Shown here: piece after piece, positions 12,286 through 26,167 of the stretch | Layout: each line of letters starts with the position of its first letter | Numbering within the stretch: the stretch's first letter is position 1 | Source of the DNA: Dipteris shenzhenensis | Lineage: Eukaryota | Assembly (NCBI GenBank): GCA_047967505.1 | Contig: CM106538.1 | Length of the DNA stretch: 64,000 nucleotides | Strand: one strand, 5' to 3' | Translations under genes and position numbers: made by a program | The notes under the pieces: model-generated | Told to the model about the DNA's origin: nothing | The model's input: the letters and a program-made list of their open reading frames with translations, nothing else | Databases searched by the model: none

Positions 12286-14958
12286 AAAAACATGTAAACA
12301 CTTCTTTATTAGGTTTTTTAGAAGTCTCCCATTTTCATTGTCACTTTCCATTCTTTATTGCTTTCAAATAATGTGGCATCTTAAAGAGGCACCCATAGAT
12401 GGAGGAGAATATAGTACTCAAAAGCATTAGGAGCACCGAATCAAAAACAAATCCTCGCCCCTCAAGTCACTCCCACTCCCACTTCTTCCGCTCCTCCACT
12501 TTGCTTATCCCCTCCATTTTCCTCTAATCGCCACATCCCTTAAACACACTCTACGCTCTCTGCTTTTCATTTGAGGCAAAGATTTCTAGTCCATCCAACA
12601 GTGTAAATCTTGGCCATAACCCATCTTCCCTGTAATGCCCCATGTCTTGTTAATAAATCAACATAAGATTGTATCGTAAGTGGAGATGAGACCTCTCATG
12701 CCCTTGGTATAGAGACTGGGATAAGGTGTGCTATTGACTCTCTAGGGGGGCCGTGTCGGTGAAAAATGGCATTAGGCTATGGGGATGGGGGAAGGAATTC
12801 TTTTGGGGGAGGGGGGAGAGTGGTTTGTGGGAGGGGCGCCATGCAAGTAACACATGGCCATGTAGTGTAGACCATGCACGTGGCCACGTGTCACATGCAT
12901 GGCCTCTCTCTGTAATATAAGGGCATGTCAAGAAATCCAAAGGACTTTTGCGCGACGTCTGGGTGCATCATCCATGGAGCAGTAAATTGTTCAGCCATCA
13001 TTAGTCAGAGCATTGCACCATCATCATCTTGGTGTTTGGAGGTTTCGCTACATGAAGGTGAAGGTGCACATTATGAAGCTGAAAAGGATGGCCAGAGCTC
13101 GTGGAGAGTTGTGTGCCATGGTGGATGAGAGATAAAGGTAATTTAAGAACATCGAGTTAATCACAAATGACACATGTTAATGAAGTATGTTCTAAGGATA
13201 GTTAGAATGACCAATGACAAATGACGCATGCTAATAGAATATTTTAACTAAGGCACAGTTAAAAGAATTTTTTAAAGAAATGGGACCTTTATATTTAACC
13301 GATAATGTAGAGTTAAGACTCAATCATGACATTGCCATTTGTCAAGCTAATCTGCAGCTTATATGTATGTTTAACAAGCATCCATAATAGGGGAGGGAGG
13401 GTTCCAAACTCCTTTCCAAATATCCACCACTTTTTATTCAACTTAGTATCACACCTTGGGAGAGACAAGCAAGGTTAGCAAGCAACTTGAATAATGGAAG
13501 AAAGCCCTACACAGCTGGTTAGAGTTGCGTGCTCACCCAACAGTTGAAGTTTTGACATAGCTAATAAGCACCCTCCCCAAGCCAAGCACTTCATTGGAGA
13601 AAGAGTGTTACTTGGTGACATCACATTGCAGCATTGTGATAGCAAAGAGAATGTTGCAGTATAGAGTAATCCATCACTACAAAGCCAAATGGTTCAAATA
13701 AATTAGTAGGTGTCAAGTAGGTAAGGAGTGATGAACATTGGAGGGTAACCTTGGGGTGTCCACCTACACGACACACCACTACATGACTCTCACTCTGACA
13801 TGCACATCTTTTGGCAAAGTTCAAGTTCAGGCAAGGAAGGAAATTGGATGTCTGGCAAAAGGGAATGGGATATCTGGCGGAAGGTAATCGCATGCTTGAT
13901 AGATGCAAATGGTCTACATAGGCAGGCAAGGGTCAGTAGGAAGGGGATATCCAATAGAAAATGAAGAACGCTACATCTCAGATTTCAATTTGATTATGTG
14001 CCTACAACTCTGATAAGGTCCAACAAACTGTATGTTGTGATGTTCCCAAGATCTCTCCAACTCTTACACACTCAACTCAAATAGATGATCACAGATGTGC
14101 AAAACTAACACTTAGAAATATAAGTGGAGAGAGAGAGAGAGAGAGTATATTCATCCACCGGATGGTGGGCAAAAAATGGCTCCAAAGGAGCAATACAAAA
14201 CTCAACTTAGTGCTGGAGAAAACCAATGGACTCTCTTTCACAAACTAAACCAGCTCTGAGTGCTAAACATAGCCTTGGAGAAGGGCTTTTAGTTTATGCA
14301 CTTGATGCTAGAATGACTGAAGGAGTGGGCCTTTTATAGGCACTGCCAAGGCCCCTTGAGTTGACCGACTAGTAGGGTTGGTACCCTGTTCGACCAGGTG
14401 GGACCTAGAAAATCAACCAGGGCGGTGGCCCTAGTTGGGGCCGACTTGGCCTGCCATAGACCCCTATTTAAGGGTGCCCTGGGCAGCCAGTCTGAACAGT
14501 TGCAAATGCCTCCAAGTGAGGCCTAAGGCCCCTATTTTCCTACTGTGGTAGACAGCGACCAGCCCATGTGTTGGTCGCCTCTTTCTGCCTCTGTTTCTGG
14601 CCTAAGTCACTCTCTCCCAGCCCCCCTACCTCTCACTGCCCCTGGTCCCCTTAAATCAGGGGCTCACAGGTGGGCATAGTGAGTTTCTAACAGCTTCTTC
14701 CCCCAAGCTTGTTCGTGTTGCCTTCTCTACCAAGCTATGAGCTGATGTTGGTGTTGAATGTGCATTGGCGTTGAGTGTGCATTGAGTTTTTTTTGCAAGG
14801 GCAAGAAACCGGAGTTGAGGAGCTCTCCAAACTATGCGTTGGCATTGTGGAGCTGCCTAGGTGCATCTAATCCCTATGCAATCTTTCATTAACAGACGTG
14901 CTGACACTAGTGAACATCACTAATGGTAGAAGAGAAAGGCATTAAACCCAAGGAAAGG

Positions 14959-14970
14959 GCTCTGATACAA
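14959..14970 (-). other. Degenerate tRNA-iMet primer-binding site of a minus-strand LTR element
   Basis: GCTCTGATACAA is one mismatch from the reverse complement of TGGTATCAGAGC, with TG two bases away. Confidence 0.4.
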
Positions 14971-15139
14971 ATGCAATGAAGGGGGCAGGTTCAGATTTTG
15001 TGAAGGGCCAAAGATGGCAAAAAAGAGAAAGAGGATAGGGGAGAGGAGGAGAAGAGAGAGAGATAAGAGGGAAAGGGATAGAGGGAGAAAGAAAGAAAGT
15101 TTATTAAAGTCTTCGGAAGACCGATGGGTCTATGAGACT

Positions 15140-16714
15140 ATGAAAATCCTGATACAACGAGCTGTGGTAGTGGAGCTACTAAATGAGCATCCATACCAAT
15201 GCAAAATGCATGAAGGCATTTGGCATGGCTGAGTGCAAGACAGTTGGCACCCCTATGGAGGTTGATGTGAAGCTCTCAAACGAGGATTCATCACCATTGG
15301 TGGATGAAGTGAAGTACAGAAGGCTTGTGGGCAGCTTGATTTACTTGTGCAACACGTGACAGGACATCAGCTTTGCGACTGGTGTACTAAGCAGGTTTTC
15401 CAATAAGACCCGAGAGAACCATTGGAGGGCAAGGATGCGGGTGCTGAAATACATCAAAGACACACTTGATTATGGCATCACCTATACCAAGGGCAAAATC
15501 TTATTCTGTGACTCGGATCGGGCAGGAGACGTGGACAACAGGAGATCAGTGACAGGTTACTGTTTCTCACTTGGATCTGGAGCTATGTCATGGGTCAGCA
15601 AGAAGCAACCCACAATTGCTCTTTCTTCTATCAAGGCTGAGCACAAATCAGCATGCTTTGCTTCTTACAAGGCAGTATGGTTGAGGAGAATTTTAGGGGA
15701 CATGGGTGCAGTATAGAACAAGCCAACACAATTATCATGTGACAATCAGAGTTGCATGGCGATTACAAAGAACCCTGTGTTCCACACTTGCACAAAACAC
15801 ATTGAGATTCAATATCACTTTGTACGTGAGCTCATCATGGATGGAGAGGTCGACTTGATATACTGTCCAACTACATAGAATGTTGCAGACATCTTCACGA
15901 AGGCTCTTGGAAGAGACTTGCTAGAGAGGCATCTTCATCGACTTGGCATTAGGCCGAAAAAGTAAGTTCACTTGCAAGTGGACATTGAGGGGGGGTGTTA
16001 GATATCAATGCTCCACTCTCATGTAACTACGTAGGAACCAACTCTACTTGTAAGCCCCCCATATGAGGAGAAGGCATTTGAGTAGCTCGGTTATCCGGTA
16101 GGTCTTGGTTTGGACACCAGATGGGGGCCATGTGTGGCGTGATGGCTGGACAGCTTCAGATAGAGTTGGCACACTACCAACTAGGCTACATGCAAGTGCG
16201 GGAAGGCATCCCATGACTGACCGCACTAAGGATAGATGAAGCATTTCTTGAGGCAGCCCACTCTCGGGTTACGGGGCCCATTTGGAGCCCTAGATGATCC
16301 CGAATGGCTCTGGGCCGAACGGCAATCGTAGGTTCAGTTGCTCTATTTTACGCCACAATTCTATCATGTGGTCGGTGGCCTATTTCAAGAACGCCGGCCA
16401 TTTTGGGCAGACTGGGTCAGTCACCCAATTGGGTCTAACCGACTACAACTGGTGGCTATATAAGAGCAAGCCCGTGAAGCCCATTTCATCACTGGCTATA
16501 GCAAGCTTGATTCCTTAGCATCAAGCCTCCGTCCTCTACTGTTTCCATCACACCATCGAAGCTTCTCTCGTAGGAGCACATGGTTGGTGGGAGGCAGCAC
16601 CATCTATTGTATCAGTTTTACAGTAACCAAATTTTTGATTCTCCATACTATCTGTTTTCTCTCTTACATATGAGATCCTGTTATCTGTTGAGCACAGACG
16701 TTGTATTGTTTTCT
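15140..16714 (+). mobile_element. Ty1/Copia family C: 3' fragment (RT end, RNase H, PPT, 3' LTR from 15996)
   Basis: FCDSDRAGDVDNRRSVTGY and SWVSKKQP motifs; PPT GAGGGGGGG followed by TGTTAGATATC. The LTR matches those at 22099 and 62266 but lacks the last few bases. Confidence 0.9.
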
Positions 16715-16749
16715 CTTTAGTTAACCCATATGGAAAACTCTTTAATTAT

Positions 16750-19215
16750 GATCAAATAAATGGTCAATTGTACTTTGACTTAGGATATTTACATTGTGGT
16801 GACATCCCCTCGACTTCTATTCAGTTGACCTCAACTGAAAAGCTTCCTTGTAAACATCTGAAAGCTGTGGATGATCGGACAACATGTCTTCACCCATCCA
16901 CTTGGCATCCAATGCTATATAATTCTTGAATTTTACAAGGTACCTGTAAAATTCCTTGTTCTGAGGGCCTTTGCGTACAGTATGATACATGATCTACTCT
17001 GGTTGAAGGACCTCCTCCAGCTCATCCACTTTTGGTGGATCCTTTGATATTGGCCCTATAGGCTCTGGCCCCTGAAATTTCTTTAGAAGGCTCACATGGA
17101 ATATGATTGTGAATCCTCAAATGCTCTGGCAATTCTAACTGGTATGCAACCTCATTTATTCTTTCTGTAGCCCTGAAAGGGCCATAGTACTTGGGACACT
17201 TTCTATTTGCCTTTAAACTTGTGGAGCTTAGCTTTCTCGAACTTTAAAAGTACCCAATCCCATTCTTTGAGATGTAACTATCTCCTATGCTTATTTGCAA
17301 CTCTTTTATGCTTTTCTTGAGACGTTTCAATTGTTGTCCGGACTTGGCTATAAGCTATTTGGAGGCCTCTCACAAACTGATCAGTTGCAAATATCTTGTC
17401 TTACATTCTTAGGATAGGTGGTAGAATCACCTTCCCATGGATGACCTCAAAGGGGCCTTTCCTTGTAGAGCTGTGTACCGTATTATTGTAAGCAAACTCT
17501 ACCAATGTTAGGTACTTTTCCCAGTCTAAACCTTGGTCACCCACATAGCACTTCAGCACATCCAATGTTGTAAAATTTGCTACTTCACTTTAACCATCTG
17601 TCTGGGGATGGAAAGAAGAAGAAAATTTTAGATTCATCCCCATATTATCAAATAAAGCTCTCCAGAATAGACTGATCATTTTGGGATCTCAATCACTGAC
17701 AATGGACTTAGGCATACCATGGTGCTTAAAGATCTGTGTCATGAAAATCTTAGCCATATGATCTGCCTTTATGGTTTTTCAAACCAGAATAAAATGAGCT
17801 TGCTTGCTGAATCTATCAATGATAGTCCAAATCCTAACTTTGATCTTGGCAAATAAAAAATGAAGTCTATTGTAATACTTTCCCACGGTGCCTGAGGCAC
17901 GGAAAGAGGCATAAGTAGGCCAGGTGCCTTCCGTCTATCATACTTCACTTTTTGACATGTAAGGCATTTAGTAACACACTAATGTATATCTTTCTATATC
18001 CCTAGCCAAAAGAAATACCTCTCTAGCGCTAGAGTTGTTGCTATAATTCCTCTATGTCCAGCATAGGGAGGTGCATGGCATTCTTCCAAAATCTTTTTCC
18101 TCATCTCCTTGGTAATGCATAGGCAGTCATCTTTCATTAAATACCCATCTTTCAGGGAATAGTGACTGGTGGATTGCCCCTCTTGCATTTGCTGTAAAAT
18201 CTCACCAAAATCTGCATCATTAGCATATTGCTCCCTCATGCCTTCCAAGTCCTGACGATAAGCAATGGTCACATTGTTGACCTGGGGTCTTTGGGACAAG
18301 GCATCTGCCACTATGTTCCAAATTTGAGTATGGACAATCTAAAAATGATACATTGGTAGCATATTTGCCCATTTCATATAAATCTCAAAGAGTTTTGTCT
18401 GAGTTAGAAAATATCTTAGACTTTGGTGATTTGTTTTAACAGTAAAATATGCACCCAAAAGATAATGCTTCCATGTATTCGCAGCATGAACTACAGCCAA
18501 CAATTCTTTTTCATAGATTCCCATATATCTTTAAGCATCACGCAATCTTTGGCTTTCATACGCTACTATGTGTCCATTTCGATGTAATGCAGCCCCAACA
18601 CACTCTCCACAAGCATTGCAATCAACATCAAAAGGTTGATAAAGATCTGGGACCACAAGAATAGGCTCTGTAGTCAACTTCTCCTTGAGTGTATTGAATG
18701 CTTTCTTCTGTGACATTCCCCATGTGAAGGCTGCATTTTTCTTAGTAAGGTCATGTAGTGGAGCTACGATATCAGCAAAATGCTTAATGAATCTCTTGTA
18801 ATAGGAGAAAAGTCCCAAAAAACTACAGACTTCATGCATAATTTTCAGCTGTGGCCATTCTTGGATGGTTCCGATCTTTGCAAGATCCATTTGTATCCCA
18901 TTCTTGGATATTATGTGCCCCAGATAATGGATCTCTTCCAAAAAGAATTTACTTTTCTTGTTATTGGCAAAAAGCTGATAATCTTGAAGTTCTTGAAACA
19001 CCAAAGCAAGATGTTCCTAGTGCTCTTCTTCTATCTTTGAAAAAACTAGAATATCATCAAAGAAAGTACTCCTGAAGTGCCTATACTTTCAGAAGATGTG
19101 ATCCATCATTCTATTGAATGTGGTTGGAGCATTTGTCAACCCAAAAGGGATCACTAAGTATTCATACAACCCAAATGTAGTGCAAAAAGCTGTCTTATGC
19201 ACATCTTGTGGCTGG
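16750..19215 (-). mobile_element. Degenerate Ty3/Gypsy pol (RT-RNase H-integrase)
   Basis: [25 protein letters not shown] (RT), YEKELLAVVHA (RNase H), ADALS and CHAPPYAGHRG (integrase zinc finger), in Gypsy domain order. Confidence 0.93.
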
Positions 19216-21340
19216 AACAAAAAATCATGATATGTCAGTGTGTTAAATCCAAGGGAATGCAAATACTGAGTGCAAGATGGTGTGATCAACACATACTGGA
19301 CCATCTGGGCAGAGGTGAAAGAAAAAGTGGTTCATACAATTCATGGAAATACCTACAAGCTTAAATGCCATGGAAGCACTATAAATGCAACCACAACATT
19401 AAAGCAAGTTCTCGAAGACCATGCATTACCATAGCCTCATATTCAATAAACAATGCTAGATGGACGAGTCAAATGTCAACAACATCTTCCTTTGGGAATG
19501 ACAAAGAAGGTCATCCTAGAAACTGCCAATAAAACTTTACAAGATAGAGATGAGAGCATGATTTCACGATCAACCTTGTACAAAATTTGGTGTAGAGATT
19601 TTTGCCATGTCAAGACACCATCAAAGAAAAGGATGTCAAAATGTAAGACATGTGATGAATTTAAAAATGCCATTGAACATAGTAAATGTGAGTAGTAGTG
19701 AGGAAGATATATTAAATGGCGATCAATCCATTTATTTCATGTGCAGGATGCTCGAAAGTTGTATGCTTCTTGGAGAGAGGAAGATATTTCACATGTCAAT
19801 AAATCCATGTGCATCACCATTGATTACATGGACTAGAATACAACTTTGCCATGATATAGACATATCCCACTGGCATTGGAGGGCAAATGTGGACTAAAAA
19901 CACACTTGTGTGGAGTATTAGTACATGGATACCGAATCTTTTGTGATGTATGGATTGATAGTTTGCATGACCATGATAGTAACCAGGTTGTTACATCAAT
20001 CATGAAAGCAATAAGAAAGGTTAGAGATGCTCGCAGATGTTTACCTAACACATTGCGAATACAAGCTGATAATTGTTGGAGAGAGAACAAGAATAAATAT
20101 ATATTTGCTTTATGCTCTATGCTGGTTGGTTTGAAAATATTTGAAGAAGTGGAAGTTGGCTTTCTTCTTGTCGGCCATACACATGAAGACATTGATCAAA
20201 TCTTCAGTGTTATCTCTAGTGAGTTGAATTCAATGGATGTTTTGACAATGGAGGATATGCTATTTTGAATTGGGAAAAAATTTGGAGGGTCTCACAAGGA
20301 AGAATCAGAAGTGGCTATCTTAGAGAGGATGGTAGATTGGAGAGCATTCATAGAGCCACATTTACAAACAGGAGATGATGCCATAATAGGACACACAAAT
20401 CCACACTACTTTCGGTTTCACATGCATAACAATATTCCAGCGATGCAATGGAAGCACTACTTAGTAGATGGAGATCATTTATGGAGTGAGTCATATGTTT
20501 TATTACAATGAATAATTCCATTGGAGGAAACCAGATTTGTTCTTGCAAAAAACAAATCACTTGATATAGATGAAATGAAAGGCTTGAAAGCCTTCATTAA
20601 ACATCTTCAAAGTATGATGCAAAAATATCATGAGCAATCAATTAAGAATTTGGAGACAATTAAATCAACTGAAGCACTTATCCAATCTTTAGAAAGACAA
20701 GAAAACTTAATGAGCATTGAATACTGTGAATCCTTTTGGCTAGAACAAGCTAGGTCACCAAGTTTTCCTTTGGATATAAATATGTTGTAGATATGGAGGA
20801 AATAGAGGAATGCCTTTTACCTCAAAAATATTGTGGCAGGAAGGGAGACAAACACTTACTAGAGTTTATATCATCTAATGAGATTGAAGAGGGTCTATTT
20901 GTTACAGTTTGGGCATCTGATCCAGGTTCAAAGTTGGATGACCAAGGTGGCCCAATTTGGGTTACAAAGGTTGCTAAGATAGAAAGGGATGACAAGGGAA
21001 CTCATATAACATTCACAGCTTTATGGTATGAACCAAAGCCATTGAAAAATCTCCCGAGAAGATATACAATAAAATAACTCTATGAGGGATGCTTGCAAAA
21101 GAACACGAATGGGTTCCAAATAATGAGGGATAAACAGAGGTGGAAGTCAATAGCATTATTTATTGCTGGAAATCGAGGACACGAAGTTTTACAAAGAAGC
21201 ATGGATACAATGTTGAAAAATGTATCACAATCCCTGATCCAAGTCATGTCCACATTAAACATCATTTGGCAAGACTTGACCCATCAAGCGCAAATACACT
21301 ACATGAATCTGATGACTCTGAACGAGATTCAGATGCATAA
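19216..21340 (+). pseudogene. Degenerate Sola-like (DUF7869-type) DDE transposase, copy 2 (diverged paralogue)
   Basis: RMSKCKTC, LKTHLCG, QADNCWRENKN, GFLLVGHTHEDIDQIFS and C-terminal WVTKVAK...FTALWYEP; collinear with copy 1. Confidence 0.8.
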
Positions 21341-21414
21341 GATAATGTTTTGTATGCCTTTTTCCATACAAATGTGTATCTATACACCACCAATAAGATA
21401 ATGTATTGTATGCT

Positions 21415-21535
21415 TTGTTTTTCAAAAAAAGGGTGTATCTATACACCACTTATATATTAAATTCAACAAACTCTTTTTTTTCAAAAAAATGGTGTATATA
21501 TACACCACTTATATGTTGAATTCAACAAACTCTTT
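21415..21535. repeat. ~60-bp tandem repeat containing a GGTGTATATATACACC palindrome
   Basis: Two units of TTCAAAAAAA-GGTGTAT(C/A)TATACACCACTTATAT...TTCAACAAACTCTTTT. Confidence 0.7.
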
Positions 21536-22098
21536 TCATATGGTGTCATATTTTCACTTCATAGTGTTAAAATTGAACTAGAGTTAGGAGACTACTATTA
21601 TTATTATTATTATAGTTATTGGATTAGGGCACCATGCACAAGTTTGGGAATTATAGCTTCATTGAGCCTTTTTTTTTTAAATTAGAGGTCACCACTTGAC
21701 TTTTTAGCCATATTTGTATATAAGTGACCCATTTAGTGCTCTAAAAAACCCAATTTTTGAGCTCACTAAGTGAAGTTGAGTGGAGAGGATATGCTCCAAA
21801 AAAAAGTCCAAACTAGGAGAGAAAGTCCAAAATTTTTGAATAGTGTGTTATTAGTTGTCTAATCAAAATATTTCATGGTACAATAGTCCACTAATCGAAA
21901 TCTTTCAGTCTCACATTAGTGATCTAGTTGAAATCTTTCGTCTCACATTACATGTCAAATTGAAATCTTTCATCTCAATATTATCACCATGCTAGCGTGG
22001 ATCAAAGGACACTATCTAGTCACTTAGCTAAGAAAACATTGCCCAAGTAAACTCTGGAGAAGATTAATAATTCAATAGATTACACACATATTACATAG

Positions 22099-25000
22099 TG
22101 TTAGATATCAATGCTCCACTCTCGTGTAACTACACGGGAACCAACTAACTCTACTTGTAAGCCCCCCACATGAGGAGAAGGCATTTGAGTAGCTCAGTTA
22201 TCCGGTAGGTCCTGGTTTGGACACCAGATGGGGGCCATGTGTGGCCTGATGGCTGGACAGCTTCAGATAGAGTTGGCACACTGCCAACTAGGCTATATGC
22301 AAGTGTGGGAAGGCATCCCATGACTGACCGCACTGAGGGTAGACGGAGCATTTCCTGGGGCAGACGGAGCATTTCTTGGGGCAGCCCACTCTCGGGTTGT
22401 GGCCCCCGTTTGGAGTCCCAAATGATCTCGAATGACTGTGGGCTGCCGTAGGCTAGTTGCTCTAATCTGTGCCAGAGTTCTATCATGTGGTCGGTGACCT
22501 ATTTTGGGACTGACCTCCAGTCGGCCAGTTTGGGCAGACTGGGTCAATCTCCCAATTGAGCCTAACCGACTATGATTGGTGGCTATATAAGAGCAAGCTC
22601 GTGAAGCCCATTTCATCACTAGCTATAGCAACCATGATTTCTTAGCATCTAGCCTCTGTCCTCTACTGTTTCCAGCATGCCATCAAAGCTTCTCTCACAA
22701 CAGCACACAACTGGGAGGCAGTGCCATCTATTGTATCAGTTTTACAGTAATCAAATTTTTGATTCTCCATACTATCTGCTTTTCTCTCTTGCATACGAGA
22801 TCCTGTTATCTGTTGAGCACAGACATTGTATTGTTTTCTTACATGGTATCAGAGCTTGGGGCTCTAGCAAGAAGATTTGGTAGTGTGTTTTTGTTTGCGA
22901 GCAAATTGTGAGAGATGGCCCAGCCCGCAAGACTGTGAATCCCACCGTTCGGCGAAAGCGAAAAGTTGGACAGCACTAACTATCCACATTGGAAGTTCAA
23001 GATGAAGACCATCCTAAGCGCATACAAGCTTTGGGATAGTGCTATTGGGGTGGATGTGAAGCCGGTTGTGAGACCAGATCTAGACAATGTAGGACAACAG
23101 ATAGTACCAACTACGGATGATATTCTCACATGGACAAGAAGAAATGCAGATGCACCGTGTTCTATTGTCTGCAGTGTAAGTGATTCTATCATGGCGTTAA
23201 TTCAACATGTCACCACAGTGGAGGAGGCATGGACGGTCTTGAAAAATTAGTACGAGACCATGAATCAAATGCGGATTCAGAATCTAGAGACTTAACTCGC
23301 GAACAAGAAATTGTCTAAGTCTAAAGCGGCAGAGAATTTCATCACCAGGGTGAAGAATCTGCGCGATCAGATGATTGCAATTGGCATCACCATCACCAGC
23401 GAGAATCTAGCACGAAGGTGCATATGGATTCTCCCACCAAAGTATGATGGTCTTGTTATGGCACTGAATACGTAGAACAGAAATCTACCCCTCAATTTTG
23501 AGGATTTTAGTGCAATGCTTCTAGAGGAGGAGATGCATCAAAAGATGAGGACTGGAGAAGATTCGGCTTTCTATGCTGGATCAAAGAAAGGTAAGGTTAA
23601 GGACTCTGGTAACCCATCTTCTTCTGATGATAAAAAGAGAAAGAAGAAGATCAAGTGCTTCTATTGCAACAAGGCAGGGCACAAGCAGAATGAGTGCCAG
23701 AAGAAGATTGCAGATGAGAAGAACGGAGTAAAGAAAGAGTCTAGCAATAGCATGCAGGCAGTACCAATAGAGCTGCTGTTCGTAGCAATTGAGGAGATTT
23801 GCACGAAGGCAATTCATGTACCTGCAGATGAACCTTGGATTATTGACAGTGGTGCATCGCGCCACATGACCAGTCGGAAGGATTGGTATACCTCTCTACA
23901 ACCGATAGGGAATGACATCCCGGTAGCAGTCGGCAATGACGCAAAATGTCCAGCAAAAGGAAAAGGTATGATTGCTCTCAAGTCAAATGGAGTTGTAAAA
24001 TAGTTGTTTGATGTTATTTATGTGCTAGATATCAAGTGGAACTTGTTGTCCGTTTCTACGATCGCAGATCGAGACCTCAAAGTTCAATTCGATAAGAATG
24101 TTGCACAAATTTTGGACCTTCAAGGGAAGGTTGTTGGTAAAGGTTCACAATGCAACAACATCTACGAACTCTCAGCTTTCAATGCTCGAGACGATGTGAA
24201 GAACACTAAGTTGTGGTAGCATGAGAGGTTTGGTCATCTAAACCTTAGTTCTTTAAAGGAGATGCATAAAAGTGGAATGATTGCAGACCTACCAGAAATT
24301 ATAGATCTACCCGATGTATGTGAAGCGTGCATGATGGGCAAGCAGCATCGGCATCCCTTTCCTAAAGAGGCTAGCATGGCAAAGGCTCCTCTAGAGCTCG
24401 TTCACACGGACCTCTGTGGAAAGATGGAGACGGAAGCTTTGGGTGGTTCCTACTACTTCATGACGCTGATCGATGACTACAGTAGAAGGATATGGATATA
24501 CTTCCTGAAGACTAAAGATGAGGCCTTAAGTAGTTAAAGAATGTCATATAATGGTCGAGAAAGAAATGGGGAGCAAGGTGAAGAAGTTAAGATCTGACAG
24601 AGGTGGAGAGTTCACATCAAGTGAATTCGAAAGTTACTGCAAAAGTCACAGGATCGAGGCAAAAACCCCCGCCAGATACACCACAGCAAATGGAGTAGCA
24701 GAGCGCAAGATGCGCATCATCTAAAAAATGGGTAAGAGTATGATGAAAGGGAAAGATTTGCCAAAGACTCTCTGGGTTGAAGCATGTAACACGGCAGTTT
24801 ACATTCTGAATCATAGCTACACGAAGGCTGTGAATGGGATGACTCCACTGTAGGCCTTTTTTGGTAAGAAACCTTCAGTTGCACATTTCAGAGTTTTTGG
24901 ATGCGACTGTTTTGTGCATGTCCTTGATGCTAATAGGACCAAATGGGAACCGAAGAGATGGAAGTGTATTTTCTTGGGCTATAATGAAGAGGTGAAGGGT

Positions 25001-25831
25001 TACCAAGAAGGTAATAGTAAGTCACAATGTGGTATTCTCAGAACAACCGCATCAATTGGAGGAGGATGCTTCCTTCCCAGACAACTAGGACCAGAATATC
25101 CATCTAGTACAACCACCAACAGCAGACCGAACTCCCCCAATGGTGCTTGTGAGGATTCAAGATAAAGAAGAGGAAGAAGAGCCTGCAGAACCACAATGGC
25201 AATAGCCATTCCCAAAGTGGGTAAAGTAGCTTTTGGATAGCAAAGAACCTCTAGCCATTGAGGAGGAACCATTCGAACACTACCGGTCCAAGAGATTAGA
25301 GGAGCAAAGAAGGGGGCAGGAACACCTGGTCAACTATGCTTTGATGATAGAGGTGATCCGTGCTAAAGAACCCAAGTGTCTTGAAGAGGCATAGGGTGAT
25401 GATAGGTGGATGGAGGCTATGTGGTCAGAGTATGGCTCCATAACGAAGAACAACACTTGGGACCTTGTGGATCGACCACCAAAACGCAAGGTAATTGGCA
25501 CCAAGTGAGTGTACAAGACCAAGTACAAGTCCGACGGCATGTTGGATAAGTACAAGGCTCGGCTCATGGCAAAAGGATTCGCACAGGTACATGGTTTTGA
25601 TTATCAAGATACTTTTGCTCCCATAGCTCGACTAACCACAATTTGCAGTGTTTTGGCTTTAGCAGCCCAGGGAAGTTGGCCCGTGTTTCAGATGGATGTA
25701 AAATCCACCTTTCTCAATGGAGATGTCAAGGAGGAGGTATACGTGGAACAACCACTAGGTTTTGTGATCCCTGGTTTAGAAGATAAAGTCTGTAAACTAA
25801 AGAAGGCACTTTACGGGCTGAAACAGTCCCG
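22099..25831 (+). mobile_element. Ty1/Copia family C: 5' LTR (22099-22843), PBS and degenerate gag-pol, truncated within RT
   Basis: TG...CA LTR; PBS TGGTATCAGAGC at 22844-22855; [53 protein letters not shown]. Confidence 0.95.
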
Positions 25832-25869
25832 ATGTGACACCCTGAATCCACCTTCAACTCTTAATTACG

Positions 25870-26030
25870 TCTATTGTTCAGGTCTCGCTACATCGGGTTA
25901 CCATGCATGTCCTGTTTGTGGTCCTTCGCTAGTTGCCTCACAAGCAAACGTATTGAATAAGGTCATCTATGAGAATCACCATCAATTTATTCCACTTGAT
26001 CATCCTAAATATGTCGCCCCTTGGAATGAA
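25870..26030 (+). mobile_element. CACTA/EnSpm Tnp2-like transposase fragment
   Basis: SGLATSGYHACPVCG...KVIYENHHQFIPLDHP resembles the Tnp2 G..ACP.C...Y..HR.FLP..HP motif. Confidence 0.65.
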
Positions 26031-26167
26031 GTCCCCCCACATTCAAAGAAGGAGGCAGGTGTACGACCGTGGTCCTTTATGTGGACGACCTTGTCATAAC
26101 AGGGAACCATGAAGAGAAGATCTCATAGACAAAGCATTTGCTAGGAAGAGAGTTTGAAATGACAAAC

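Noticed and set aside
288-12384. TTAA-GGTGC (288) and GCATC-TTAA (12376-12384) as termini of one TTAA-targeting element
   Set aside because: The inverted match is only about 9 bp and does not extend inward, so it is expected by chance.
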